A stretch of 43,247 bases of DNA from Candidatus Caldarchaeales archaeon (GCA_032249095.1 JAVVGN010000006.1:1-43247), one strand, 5' to 3'; positions 1 to 7,844 are shown, counted from the stretch's first letter. Notes: a model not told the origin generated them from the letters alone. Made by a program: numbers and translations.

Positions 1-11
1 TCGGAGGGGAT

Positions 12-210
12 TGTGAGCCACTGTCGGCTAAAGCCGACAGCTTCTTGCAGGCACGACGCCGACGAGAGGTTGGCGCCCCTGCGGGCTCGCTCCGAGCCCA
101 ACTTGCTGGGCGGCTCTCTAAGCCTGCCCGATAAAATTATAACGCAACCGAAAGAGAGGCGCATTCCCCTGTCGCCTAAAGGCGACAGTCCCTTGCGCCC
201 GTTTTCTATG
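12..210 (-). mobile_element. Miniature non-autonomous IS200/IS605-type element, subfamily A copy M1 (LE hairpin + TATAAT + omega-RNA-like RE scaffold, no ORF)
   Basis: The reverse complement aligns with both ends of the tnpA-tnpB element at 2676-4416. LE: CATAGAAAACGGGCGCAAGGGACTGTCGCC vs CATAGTAGAACGGGCGCAGGGGACTGTCGCC. RE: GGGCTCGGAGCGAGCCCGCAGGGGCG...GCTGTCGGCTTTAGCCGACAGTGGCTCACA vs 4329-4416. LE hairpin at 169-188; TATAAT on the minus strand at 136-141. Confidence 0.65.
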
Positions 211-390
211 GCTGGATCCACTTATATTTTCACCACTCAGACAGGATAGAAGACTGTGCTTTCTACAGGCTTGTTTTCCGGTTTTCGCCAAATAGGCGTC
301 GGTGGCATTGGGAAGTTATCCGTTTCGGCGACTATCCACCCAAGCCGTGGCGGACAAAAGTTACAGGCTCAATCAAAGAAAACCCGATAG

Positions 391-1716
391 ATGCCTTCGT
401 TAAAATCGTCAAAGGGTTACAGCTCCTTGATCTGTAGTAGCAATTCACACCCAAAGGGGGTTTATGCCGTGAAAGTATTCACCAGAAAGGCATACTTAGA
501 AAGAGGCCCAAAGGGCGGATGGGTTGGAAAGGACCCTCGTCTTGGAGGGTTCTTCATCGTTACCAATGACAGTACCATACCTGAGGATCTGCCAGGAGAC
601 GCAATACTTGAAGGCAAGATAGCGAAAACGATAACGGACAAGAGGGGTAAGCCCGTCCACATTGTCCGTTTGCGGCCGCATGTTCATCAGTTCGAGCCTA
701 CAGCTGCTGGTCTCCACTCTTGTGAATGTGGAAAAACGGAGCCGCACAGCGCCACCTGCCCCGATCGGGTTTGCGTCTGTGGGGTGGAAGTCGCTAACCC
801 CACCCACCGCTACGAACGGCTCGTCGGCGAAGTACTTCGCCCGTCCTCAGACGGAAAATACTTGGAAGAAGAGAGAGTTTGGGAATGCGTGGGGTGTGGA
901 GAGAGAACCGTCTACCCAGGCTTAGTCATCCTCAATCCCTTCTATCCAGATAGAGTATTCACATCTTACCCAGAATTGCACGCTGCTATAATGGCGGCAG
1001 AAGAGAAAGTGGAATCCGACCCAACCTGCATCCCCCTACCGCCACACCAGCCGCAATTAGAGACAACCCATCCGGCGGCGATAATGCTTGCGTGGGATCG
1101 ATGGAAGATAGAAATAAAAAACTGGTTCTCATCCCTTCCAACCGAAATTAAAGTTGGGCTTGCGGCTCTTTTAGTAGAAAAGAAACCGTCGGAAGGAATT
1201 GCGTGGGCAAGGGCAGTCGGAGAAACTATCTTCCATCCTAACCTGTACGATTTTTATCAGCTTGCTTTAAAACTTCTAAAGGGCGAGGGAGTTGAAATTC
1301 CCCCTCTGATTTGGAGGGAAAGACTAAGACCTAAATTTGAAGGATACAGAGACGAATTGGAAATAACAGGGTACGAAAAAGAGTATGAACCGCAATTCAC
1401 CGCTGAAGTCGGAACGTGGACGGAAGGAGATAGTTGGGAACCTATCCTTAACCGCCTCTCCGCCTATTTCAACCTGTCAGAGTGGGCGGAGGAAGGAATA
1501 CAGGAAGCAAGAGAGGCACTTGAAACTATCAAAAATTTAGTGGGGGAAAAAGTGCAGCAAGTTACATCAATAGACCCACTTGGCAATGAAAGAACCTTCT
1601 TCTACGTGTTAAAGGGAGATTGGGATGAGATAAAACAAAAGAGCAACGAAATATACCGCCATGTAAGCGAGATAATAAAGGCGAAACAATACAAGCAGGC
1701 ATATAGCGAAGGCTAA
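391..1716 (+). CDS. Hypothetical Cys-rich protein (possible zinc-ribbon segments); the start may be GTG 469
   Basis: Long ORF. AAAGGGGG lies 9 nt before the in-frame GTG at 469. Cys clusters HSCECGK..CPDRVCVCG and WECVGCGER. No family recognised. Confidence 0.55.
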   Translation: MPSLKSSKGYSSLICSSNSHPKGVYAVKVFTRKAYLERGPKGGWVGKDPRLGGFFIVTNDSTIPEDLPGDAILEGKIAKTITDKRGKPVHIVRLRPHVHQFEPTAAGLHSCECGKTEPHSATCPDRVCVCGVEVANPTHRYERLVGEVLRPSSDGKYLEEERVWECVGCGERTVYPGLVILNPFYPDRVFTSYPELHAAIMAAEEKVESDPTCIPLPPHQPQLETTHPAAIMLAWDRWKIEIKNWFSSLPTEIKVGLAALLVEKKPSEGIAWARAVGETIFHPNLYDFYQLALKLLKGEGVEIPPLIWRERLRPKFEGYRDELEITGYEKEYEPQFTAEVGTWTEGDSWEPILNRLSAYFNLSEWAEEGIQEAREALETIKNLVGEKVQQVTSIDPLGNERTFFYVLKGDWDEIKQKSNEIYRHVSEIIKAKQYKQAYSEG

Positions 1717-1725
1717 AATCGTAAC

Positions 1726-1832
1726 GGGGGCGAACTGGGTTCGACGGGAAGGAAAGTGGCATCGGTGGCGGGTCGGGTGCACCGATGTCGCCGCCTTCTC
1801 GGACGCGGGTTCAATTCCCGCCGCCTCCACCA
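1726..1832 (+). ncRNA. tmRNA-like tRNA-like domain only (mini-ssrA): acceptor stem with G3:U, T-arm, encoded CCA, no tag-coding region
   Basis: The 5' end GGGGGCGAACTGGGTTCGACGGGA matches the conserved tmRNA 5' end (GGGGCUGAUUCUGGAUUCGACGGGA in E. coli). The 3' end GGACGCGGGTTCAATTCCCGCCGCCTCCACCA matches the tmRNA T-arm, acceptor and CCA. The 7-bp acceptor GGGGGCG/CGCCTCC includes a G3:U wobble. P2-like helix 1746-1752/1794-1800. Hairpin 1760-1767/1780-1787. Total about 107 nt, against about 350 nt for a normal tmRNA. Confidence 0.65.
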
Positions 1833-1859
1833 ATTAACCAATGAGGGGGTCGGCAATAT

Positions 1860-2414
1860 ATGTCTAAAAAACACTGGTGGGTTGTCGGCGGCGGCACAGT
1901 TGTTCTTGTTGCCGTCGCTGCCATCGCCTACCTTGTCGGCAAACATACTCGCCCGCCAGCAACTGAGACCAACAGGTTCGTCAGGGTGATTCCGTCGGCT
2001 GAACGCCGAAGGAGAACGGAGGGAACGCCGCCGACGCTGCCTCCGCCTTACCAATACCCCCAACCCACCCCGCATGAACCGCTTGCAACATTAGTAGGTC
2101 GCTGCTCTGCCTGTAACGGGAGGGGGTTCTTTAGTGACCCAACGATTTGTCCGGTCTGCGGCGGCGCTGGCAAGGTCATTGGTGTCCGTACCGTCGGATA
2201 TGTAGGTGGTATTCCCGTCTACCAACGGGATAATGCGCCGACTGTCTGCCCCTACTGCAACGGCTACGGGTTCTTCCTTCCGTCCTACGGGCGCTGCGAA
2301 ACCTGCGGGGGCAGGACAACAGGCGACTGGTTGAATTATTGGCGACAGCTGGCGAGACAGCACTGGCTCACAACCAGCGGCGGACGCTATGCGGAAGTCA
2401 ATATGACTCCGTAA
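1860..2414 (+). CDS. Membrane-anchored protein with a DnaJ-type CxxCxGxG zinc-finger domain
   Basis: N-terminal hydrophobic helix WWVVGGGTVVLVAVAAIAYLVG. Four CxxCxG(x)G repeats (CSACNGRG, CPVCGGAG, CPYCNGYG, CETCGGRT). GAGGGGG lies upstream of the ATG. Confidence 0.7.
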   Translation: MSKKHWWVVGGGTVVLVAVAAIAYLVGKHTRPPATETNRFVRVIPSAERRRRTEGTPPTLPPPYQYPQPTPHEPLATLVGRCSACNGRGFFSDPTICPVCGGAGKVIGVRTVGYVGGIPVYQRDNAPTVCPYCNGYGFFLPSYGRCETCGGRTTGDWLNYWRQLARQHWLTTSGGRYAEVNMTP

Positions 2415-2480
2415 ATAAGCCCCCCAAGACTGAGCAGGCGATCGGTCAAAAGAGGGGAAGAGCGAAGGAGGCACCTGAAA

Positions 2481-2675
2481 ATGGTAGACAAGGTAATCGC
2501 TAAGGTCGTAGATGTCATCCGCAACACGCCCGCATGGGAAATTGACATTAAGGGATATACCGTGCGGCCTTTAGAAGACAGGGGTCGCACCGAAATAGAG
2601 CTATTAGCTAAAATATGCAATGAGACCCCTTACCTATTCGTGCTCGTCAATAACGAAACCCACCACATAGAGTTC
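2481..2675 (+). pseudogene. 5' part of a small phage gene interrupted by the IS200/IS605 element (3' part = 4417-4497)
   Basis: AAGGAGG RBS before ATG 2481. The ORF runs into the IS left end at about 2676. Removing 2676-4416 (1741 nt) joins it in frame to the 27 codons VEEDDVTRKVEKLLKAIDALLRRLQS*. The restored protein resembles ORF 14988-15281. Confidence 0.5.
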
Positions 2676-2796
2676 CATAGTAGAACGGGCGCAGGGGACT
2701 GTCGCCTTGCTGGCTATCGCCAGCACAGGGGAATGCGCCCCCACCGTCCTTTCGCCGAGGAATTATATTGCTGGATGCGTTATAATTAAATAGTGG

Positions 2797-3222
2797 GTGA
2801 GCAGTATGTTGGAGAAACAACAAGGCGAACGATGGGCTGTCCACTACGGTGGTGTTTGCGAAATTCGCTATCACTTCGTTTGGTGCCCAAAATACCGCCG
2901 TCCTATCCTCGCGGGTTTGGTGGCAGAGAGACTTAGACAATTGCTGGAGGAGCGCGTTGCTATGCTTGGTGGCGAAGTTATAGAAATCGCCATCCAGCCT
3001 GACCATGTGCACCTTTTCCTTCGCTTGCATACTCCTTATCTTGCACCTGCTCAAATTGCTTACCGCCTTAAGGGTTATACAAGCAGAATATTGCGGAAGG
3101 AGTTTCCAGAGTTGCGCCGCCGCTTGCCGACCTTGTGGAGCCGCTCCTATTATGTTGGCACTGTTGGACAGGTTAGCAAGGAAATAGTTGAAAGATATAT
3201 TGCGTCGCAAAGGGGGCGTTAG
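2797..3222 (+). CDS. tnpA: IS200/IS605 family Y1 (HUH) transposase TnpA
   Basis: Contains YHFVWCPKYRRPIL, the HUH motif HVHLF, and the C-terminal SYYVGTVG catalytic-Tyr region. Size about 140 aa. Start is GTG 2797 or ATG 2806. Confidence 0.9.
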   Translation: MSSMLEKQQGERWAVHYGGVCEIRYHFVWCPKYRRPILAGLVAERLRQLLEERVAMLGGEVIEIAIQPDHVHLFLRLHTPYLAPAQIAYRLKGYTSRILRKEFPELRRRLPTLWSRSYYVGTVGQVSKEIVERYIASQRGR

Positions 3223-4497
3223 TTGTTGAAACTTACTTATCAATATAAACTCAAACCAACCAAAACACAAAGCAGGCTGCTGTGGCAGTTTTTGGCAATA
3301 TCGTGTCAAATCTACAATGATGCCCTTAAGGAACGAAAAGAGGCTTGGGAAACCGAGCGCCGAACCGTCACCTATCAAGAACAAGCCCTCAAACTTAAGG
3401 ATTTGCGGGCAACCGATAAAGAACTGGCGCTCCTTAACTTTTCCGCCTGCCAACATGTCTTGCGCCGCCTTGACAAAGCCTTTAAACGCTTCTTTAATGG
3501 GCTGAAGAAAGGCGAGAAAGTGGGCTACCCCCGCTTCAAGAAACCCCACCGTTTCAGGACTTTGGAGTTTACCTACGGCGACGGCACAAAGATTATGCCC
3601 GATGAGAAAGGAAGGTTGCGGTTGTATGTCCAAAATGTCGGTTTGATTAAGGTTATCTAGCATCGCCCGTTGCCCGAAGGAGCGGTCATCAAACAAGTGT
3701 GGGTTACCCTTAAGGCTGATGGTTGGTATGCTACATTTGCTTTGGAAGTGCCCGACGAGGCTGTCAGGAAACCCTTGCTAAAGACAGAAAAAGCCGTCGG
3801 GATAAATGTCGGTTTGGAAAACCTTTTGGCGCTTTCTGACGGAACGCTGATAGATAACCCCAAGTGGTTTAAGGCAACCGAGGAAAAGATTGCCCTTAAG
3901 CAACGAATACTCAGCAAGAAGGTTAAGGGTTCTAAGAGATGGCGAAGGATGTGTCGGCAAATTGCTAAGTTGCATCTTAAGGTTGCCAGACAAAGGCGGG
4001 ATTTCTATTTCAAATTGGCAGGTTGGCTCGTGAGGGAGTTTGACCTTATCGCCGTTGAGGATTTGAACACTAAGGGTTTGGCGCAAGGGATTTGTAGTAA
4101 GGGTGTGCACGATGCCAGTTGGGGCATTTTCCTTAACCAAATCCTGCCTTACAAGGCTTGGAGCGCTGGTAAGGCAGTGGTTAAGGTTAGCCCCAACGGC
4201 ACTTCCCAATATTGTGCTATGTGTGGCGCTTGTGTGCCGAAAGACCTGTCCGAGCGTCAACATTGTTGCCCGCATTGCGGTTTCGTGACGCATCGTGACA
4301 TCAACTCCGCAATCTTAATCCTTAAGATGGGCTTGGAGCGAGCCCGCAAGGGCGCTGGTTTCACACTAGCGTCGTGCCTGCAGGAAGCTGTCGGCTTTAG
4401 CCGACAGTGGCTCACAGTAGAAGAGGATGATGTGACAAGAAAAGTGGAAAAACTCCTAAAGGCAATAGACGCCCTGCTAAGGAGACTTCAGAGTTAA
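3223..4497 (+). pseudogene. tnpB: TnpB (OrfB_IS605, RuvC + zinc ribbon) with one in-frame TAG at 3658-3660; the reading frame continues past the IS right end into flanking gene sequence
   Basis: N-terminus LKLTYQYKLKPTK. The two ORFs 3223-3660 and 3670-4497 share a frame and are separated only by TAG. Zn ribbon CAMCGACVPKDLSERQHCCPHCG followed by HRDINSA. The TTG start overlaps the tnpA stop. Confidence 0.8.
4329..4416 (+). ncRNA. Conserved 3' part of a putative TnpB omega-RNA scaffold (the 5' limit is not determinable here)
   Basis: This segment overlaps the tnpB 3' end and is conserved in the ORF-less mini copies. Stems GGGCTTG/CGAGCCC and CTGTCGGC/GCCGACAG vary between copies by substitutions that keep pairing only as G:U in this transcript sense. 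Confidence 0.5.
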
Positions 4498-4519
4498 TTT
4501 CGGCGCCGAAATTAACTCT
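4490..4519. repeat. 30-bp perfect palindrome AGAGTTAATTTCGGCGCCGAAATTAACTCT, copy 1 of 5
   Basis: Exact palindrome. It contains the TAA stop of ORF 3670-4497 and lies between convergent genes. Confidence 0.9.
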
Positions 4520-4541
4520 AAAACGATGGAGTTATGCTCTC

Positions 4542-5477
4542 CTAAGGAAACACCCCCCGCAAAAGCCTGAATTTTGTCAGCACACCAAGGGTTGATCGCC
4601 AAATCATCGCCGCCAAACTACCCACTCTTTCCCTTAGCTCTCCTATACTTTCTATAAGGTTCTTTTTCTCTTCGTCTGCTGCGAGGTTAGCTACAGCCCT
4701 CGCGAAATTTTCAATCGCCCTCATCTTTTCGCCCAAAAGTGTTGCATTGCCTTCCTTCACCGCCCCTTCTAAATCCTTTACAATTTCACGAAAGTATTGC
4801 TGAGCCCCTTCTACTTTTTCAGCCGGCATTACCTCCACCAAGATTGTTTCCAATGTCTCAACGAATTTTTCAAGGTAAAGCAGGACTGCTTCCTTTACCC
4901 GCTCAACATTCTGCTCCCCCCCGTAATATTCCGACGCCATTTCTGAAAGACGATATTCATTTAGTTTCTCGCCAACAATCCTAGCAATAGCAGCAATTCG
5001 GCTAGCCACCCCAAAACGGAAGCGCTCCGCAAACGGCTCATCAGAGGAAACGACAAAACCGCCAAATAATGCGGGGTCCTGGTTTATGTGCTCATCCACT
5101 TTTTGCAGCTCCCTCTCAATACTTCTTACCCAACTGGGGGAAGGAATACAAGAGAGAACTGCCGACCAATCGGGCCTATCTAAAATATGCCTTCCCCAAT
5201 CAATCCCCTGCCACTCTTCTACCTTAACCTCCTCCGCAGAAACGGAAAGACGAAAGGCTGTTAATACCCTCAGCATCGCCCCAAAGGCATTTCGAAGAAT
5301 GACTAGCCAGTCCAGCACGGAAACTAAGGTGTTGACGGCAAAAACCTCCTTCTGTCCTCTTCCTCGTCGTGCTACTCTATCTAGAAGGGCTACGAGATCC
5401 CTTCCGAGGCTATCTATAGCCTCCAGAGCAGAGAGAATATTGGTCGCTATCTCCGTCTTCCAAGATGCCTCTTGCAT
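4542..5477 (-). CDS. Hypothetical alpha-helical protein, paralog family 1 (with 6757-7554 and 8682-9647)
   Basis: GGGAGG RBS. Shares EEWQGIDWGRHILDRPDW vs VPWTEVDWEKVILDYPAW and a C-terminal F-x-F/L-L-L-R motif with the other two members. Confidence 0.65.
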   Translation of the reverse strand: MQEASWKTEIATNILSALEAIDSLGRDLVALLDRVARRGRGQKEVFAVNTLVSVLDWLVILRNAFGAMLRVLTAFRLSVSAEEVKVEEWQGIDWGRHILDRPDWSAVLSCIPSPSWVRSIERELQKVDEHINQDPALFGGFVVSSDEPFAERFRFGVASRIAAIARIVGEKLNEYRLSEMASEYYGGEQNVERVKEAVLLYLEKFVETLETILVEVMPAEKVEGAQQYFREIVKDLEGAVKEGNATLLGEKMRAIENFARAVANLAADEEKKNLIESIGELRERVGSLAAMIWRSTLGVLTKFRLLRGVFP

Positions 5478-5596
5478 TATTAACCTCCCCCCACTGAAAA
5501 TTTTAGGGGTATGAGCCGCTCAGGAGGTTACCTTCTGCCGAATAATAAGGGAAAGGACAACGCTTATGACCAACGACCTTAGGAGGCACTGTAGCC

Positions 5597-6085
5597 ATGT
5601 GGGAGTGGGCACCGCAACTTTTGCGGGCGTTCCAAGAAAATTACGCACCGATTCTCGCCCAGTGGGGGCTGCCATTCCAAGTGCACACGCAGGAGACGGA
5701 AAACCCAATGGAGGGTATCTCCAAGTATACCGTCAAAATAGAAATCTGCAGACCGTCCGCAACCGGAGAATACCTCGTGCTGATAGAAGAATCTCTCCAC
5801 AAAGCGGACAAGAAGCGTTGGATTACCGTCGGGTCGTCCTTAGGAGCAGCGATAACGCGGTGGAAACTGGATCAGCTGGTCTGGAGGGTCTTCCACAACG
5901 CGGCAAACGATATTATCGCCGATATCATTGCCGAGCAAGTAAAAAGATATGCCCCCAGCGAGACGGTCAAGGTCAATTTCGCCTTGAGCGACGGGGCGAT
6001 TATCCGCTTTGGCTGGGGGACCCTCCACATCCCGTTGTCACACATTGGAGAAATGCCAAAGCTAATTGCAATGCTTGCAGTTTGA
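5597..6085 (+). CDS. Hypothetical protein, paralog family 2 (with 6190-6762)
   Basis: AGGAGG upstream. The N-terminus APILAQWGLPFQV is similar to APKLRQWGISVTP of the next ORF. Preferred over the overlapping frame 5566-6165. Confidence 0.55.
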   Translation: MWEWAPQLLRAFQENYAPILAQWGLPFQVHTQETENPMEGISKYTVKIEICRPSATGEYLVLIEESLHKADKKRWITVGSSLGAAITRWKLDQLVWRVFHNAANDIIADIIAEQVKRYAPSETVKVNFALSDGAIIRFGWGTLHIPLSHIGEMPKLIAMLAV

Positions 6086-6189
6086 CCGCCTGCCCCCACC
6101 CGCTAACCAAAGATTTAGGGATTAGCGGGATGGCGGACGCTTCAATAGGCGGCACTGCCGAATAATAGCATCGGTGGAGGTGTTACAGA

Positions 6190-6762
6190 ATGGACCCGAA
6201 GGAATCCTTTAACTTAGCAGTGCACTTGTTTGAGACTGTCTTCGCTCCCAAGCTGCGGCAATGGGGGATTTCTGTAACCCCTATGGACGACTACGGGGGG
6301 AGAAAAGAGTGGACTATAGAGAGCCACAAAGGAGCAACAATAATTTTAATAACTCCCCACGTATCTGGCATTGGAATTTACAGGGAGGGACCAGGGGGAA
6401 GAATAATGCGTACTTGGGAATACTCAAAGGAAAAGGCGGTAAAAGCGATCCGCAGGAAACTCATTAAAGTAACCGCAGGCGCGATTGTGTCTATTTGCCG
6501 AAGTACGGCACCGCCAGAATTCACCAGACTTTACATAGACTACCGATTCACTGAGGAGAAAATTGACTGGTGGTTAAGAGATACCCGCACGACACTCCCT
6601 TCTGAGATAGCCCTAACCTTTGTGATTGAGCCAACGCGTCTTCGTTGGAAGTGGATAGTAGAAATTGAGCGAAGAAACAAATTTACCGTGCAGGGGGATG
6701 ATAATCCAATAGAAGCCCACCACCGCATTCTTAAAACAGGTATTTCCCTTGCTACTCTATGA
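6190..6762 (+). CDS. Hypothetical protein, paralog family 2
   Basis: GGTGGAGGTG RBS 8 nt before the ATG. Similar to 5597-6085. Confidence 0.6.
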   Translation: MDPKESFNLAVHLFETVFAPKLRQWGISVTPMDDYGGRKEWTIESHKGATIILITPHVSGIGIYREGPGGRIMRTWEYSKEKAVKAIRRKLIKVTAGAIVSICRSTAPPEFTRLYIDYRFTEEKIDWWLRDTRTTLPSEIALTFVIEPTRLRWKWIVEIERRNKFTVQGDDNPIEAHHRILKTGISLATL

Positions 6763-7554
6763 AACAAGGCGACGCAGAAAGGCAAATCTTCGAACTAAAC
6801 GGTTTGTCACCTCCCCAAGCGCAAGGCCCAACTCGCTTATTACCCCCGCCAAACGCTCAAGGCTATCTGCTAATTTGTCCGCATCTGCCTTAAGTTTATC
6901 CCGCTGCACATCCGTCAGGCTCTCATCCTGCAGCTGCCCTCTTAAATACTCCAATACCAATTCCCCAATTTCGTTGATTTTCTCCCAATAGACCTTCACC
7001 TCATCCCAGTTCCCTTTCACTACGGCTTCCTTAAATAGCTCTGCCAAAGCTTCTATATTGATAGGTCGCTCCGCCACCTTAGAAAGGTGTTCTTCAATAA
7101 TTTCTCGAGATTCCCTAAACAACTTAAGTGTCTTTCCTTTTAAAGTACCGAGGCCGCTGTCATGAAGGCGAGGCAACCCCTCCCCTATTTTTATGCTTTG
7201 CCAACGGCCCTTTTCCTCCGCTATTTTCTGGTCAACAACCCCAGCGATAAGATCAATCCATTCTTTTATTTCCTCCTCAAAATATTTAACAGTCGAAAGA
7301 TTGGGAGGGACGCTGAAAAGGCGGCAAATTCTTTTGAAGGCAGGCGAGTTGTCCACCTCTTTAAGCAATCTTGCTATATCCGCTACTAACTCAGAAGAGG
7401 GTAGGTGTTTCCGCACCTGCCCCCATGCCGGATAATCCAAAATGACTTTTTCCCAATCCACCTCCGTCCAAGGTACCTCCTGCACCTCTACTTCCTCTGC
7501 CTGCCGCGGCGCCTCGTGCCCTTCACTTCCCGCCAAAAGCCTAAGTACCTCCAC
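6757..7554 (-). CDS. Hypothetical alpha-helical protein, paralog family 1
   Basis: Similar to 4542-5477 (see that entry). GTG start with no clear RBS; possibly coupled to the small ORF upstream. Confidence 0.6.
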   Translation of the reverse strand: MEVLRLLAGSEGHEAPRQAEEVEVQEVPWTEVDWEKVILDYPAWGQVRKHLPSSELVADIARLLKEVDNSPAFKRICRLFSVPPNLSTVKYFEEEIKEWIDLIAGVVDQKIAEEKGRWQSIKIGEGLPRLHDSGLGTLKGKTLKLFRESREIIEEHLSKVAERPINIEALAELFKEAVVKGNWDEVKVYWEKINEIGELVLEYLRGQLQDESLTDVQRDKLKADADKLADSLERLAGVISELGLALGEVTNRLVRRFAFLRRLVS

Positions 7555-7598
7555 AAGACTATCACGAAGGGTAATTAATCTGCCAATTACCTCGTTTT

Positions 7599-7727
7599 CT
7601 ATTGTATCGGCAAGGTCAGTCCACCAGCCTCTTCAGCTACTTCTTCTAAAAATCTCTTCAATTCGTAAGTACTGGCTAAGGCTAACCCTATATAGTTTGC
7701 TATTTCCCTCTTCCACACTCTACTCAT
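7599..7727 (-). CDS. Small hypothetical protein (42 aa)
   Basis: ATG 7727 is preceded by GGAGGTG. MSRVWKREIANYIGLALASTYELKRFLEEVAEEAGG looks like a real helical sequence. The longer ORF extending to 7892 lacks support. Confidence 0.35.
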   Translation of the reverse strand: MSRVWKREIANYIGLALASTYELKRFLEEVAEEAGGLTLPIQ

Positions 7728-7844
7728 TCTTTCATTTGCACCTCCATTCCATAAACGGATTTTAAACAGACGAAAAGTCCTTTGGGGTTTTAGCCAAAGG
7801 CAAAGCAAGCGAGGTAAAATTAAGGCGCTGGAGGTGTTTCTATA

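Larger units (their letters stand above)
2676..4416 (+). mobile_element. Autonomous IS200/IS605-family insertion sequence (tnpA + tnpB)
   Basis: Carries a Y1 transposase gene plus tnpB. Boundaries (about +/-2 nt) come from where similarity to the miniature copies at 12-210 and 28904-29109 starts (CATAG...) and stops (...CTCACA). LE hairpin 2708-2725. RE hairpin 4388-4407. TATAAT at 2781-2786 just upstream of tnpA. Confidence 0.85.

Noticed and set aside
1726-1832. tmRNA-like sequence as a simple attP or attachment core for integration into host ssrA
   Set aside because: att cores in ssrA carry only the 3' part of the gene. Here both the 5' acceptor strand and the 3' T-arm/acceptor/CCA are present and pair with each other. 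No integrase is nearby. It is kept as a possible expressed RNA, though a relic cannot be excluded.
3658-3660. TAG reassigned as a sense codon (alternative genetic code)
   Set aside because: TAG terminates tnpA (3220-3222) and ORF 4542-5477 at sensible positions. Other genes show no internal TAGs. A single nonsense mutation or sequencing error is the simpler explanation.
2647-3696. 349-aa minus-strand ORF
   Set aside because: It is antisense to tnpA and tnpB, which have clear family motifs. This is a shadow ORF.
5566-6165. 199-aa ORF overlapping 5597-6085 in another frame
   Set aside because: It is Arg-rich and low in complexity. The alternative frame has an RBS and a paralog (6190-6762).
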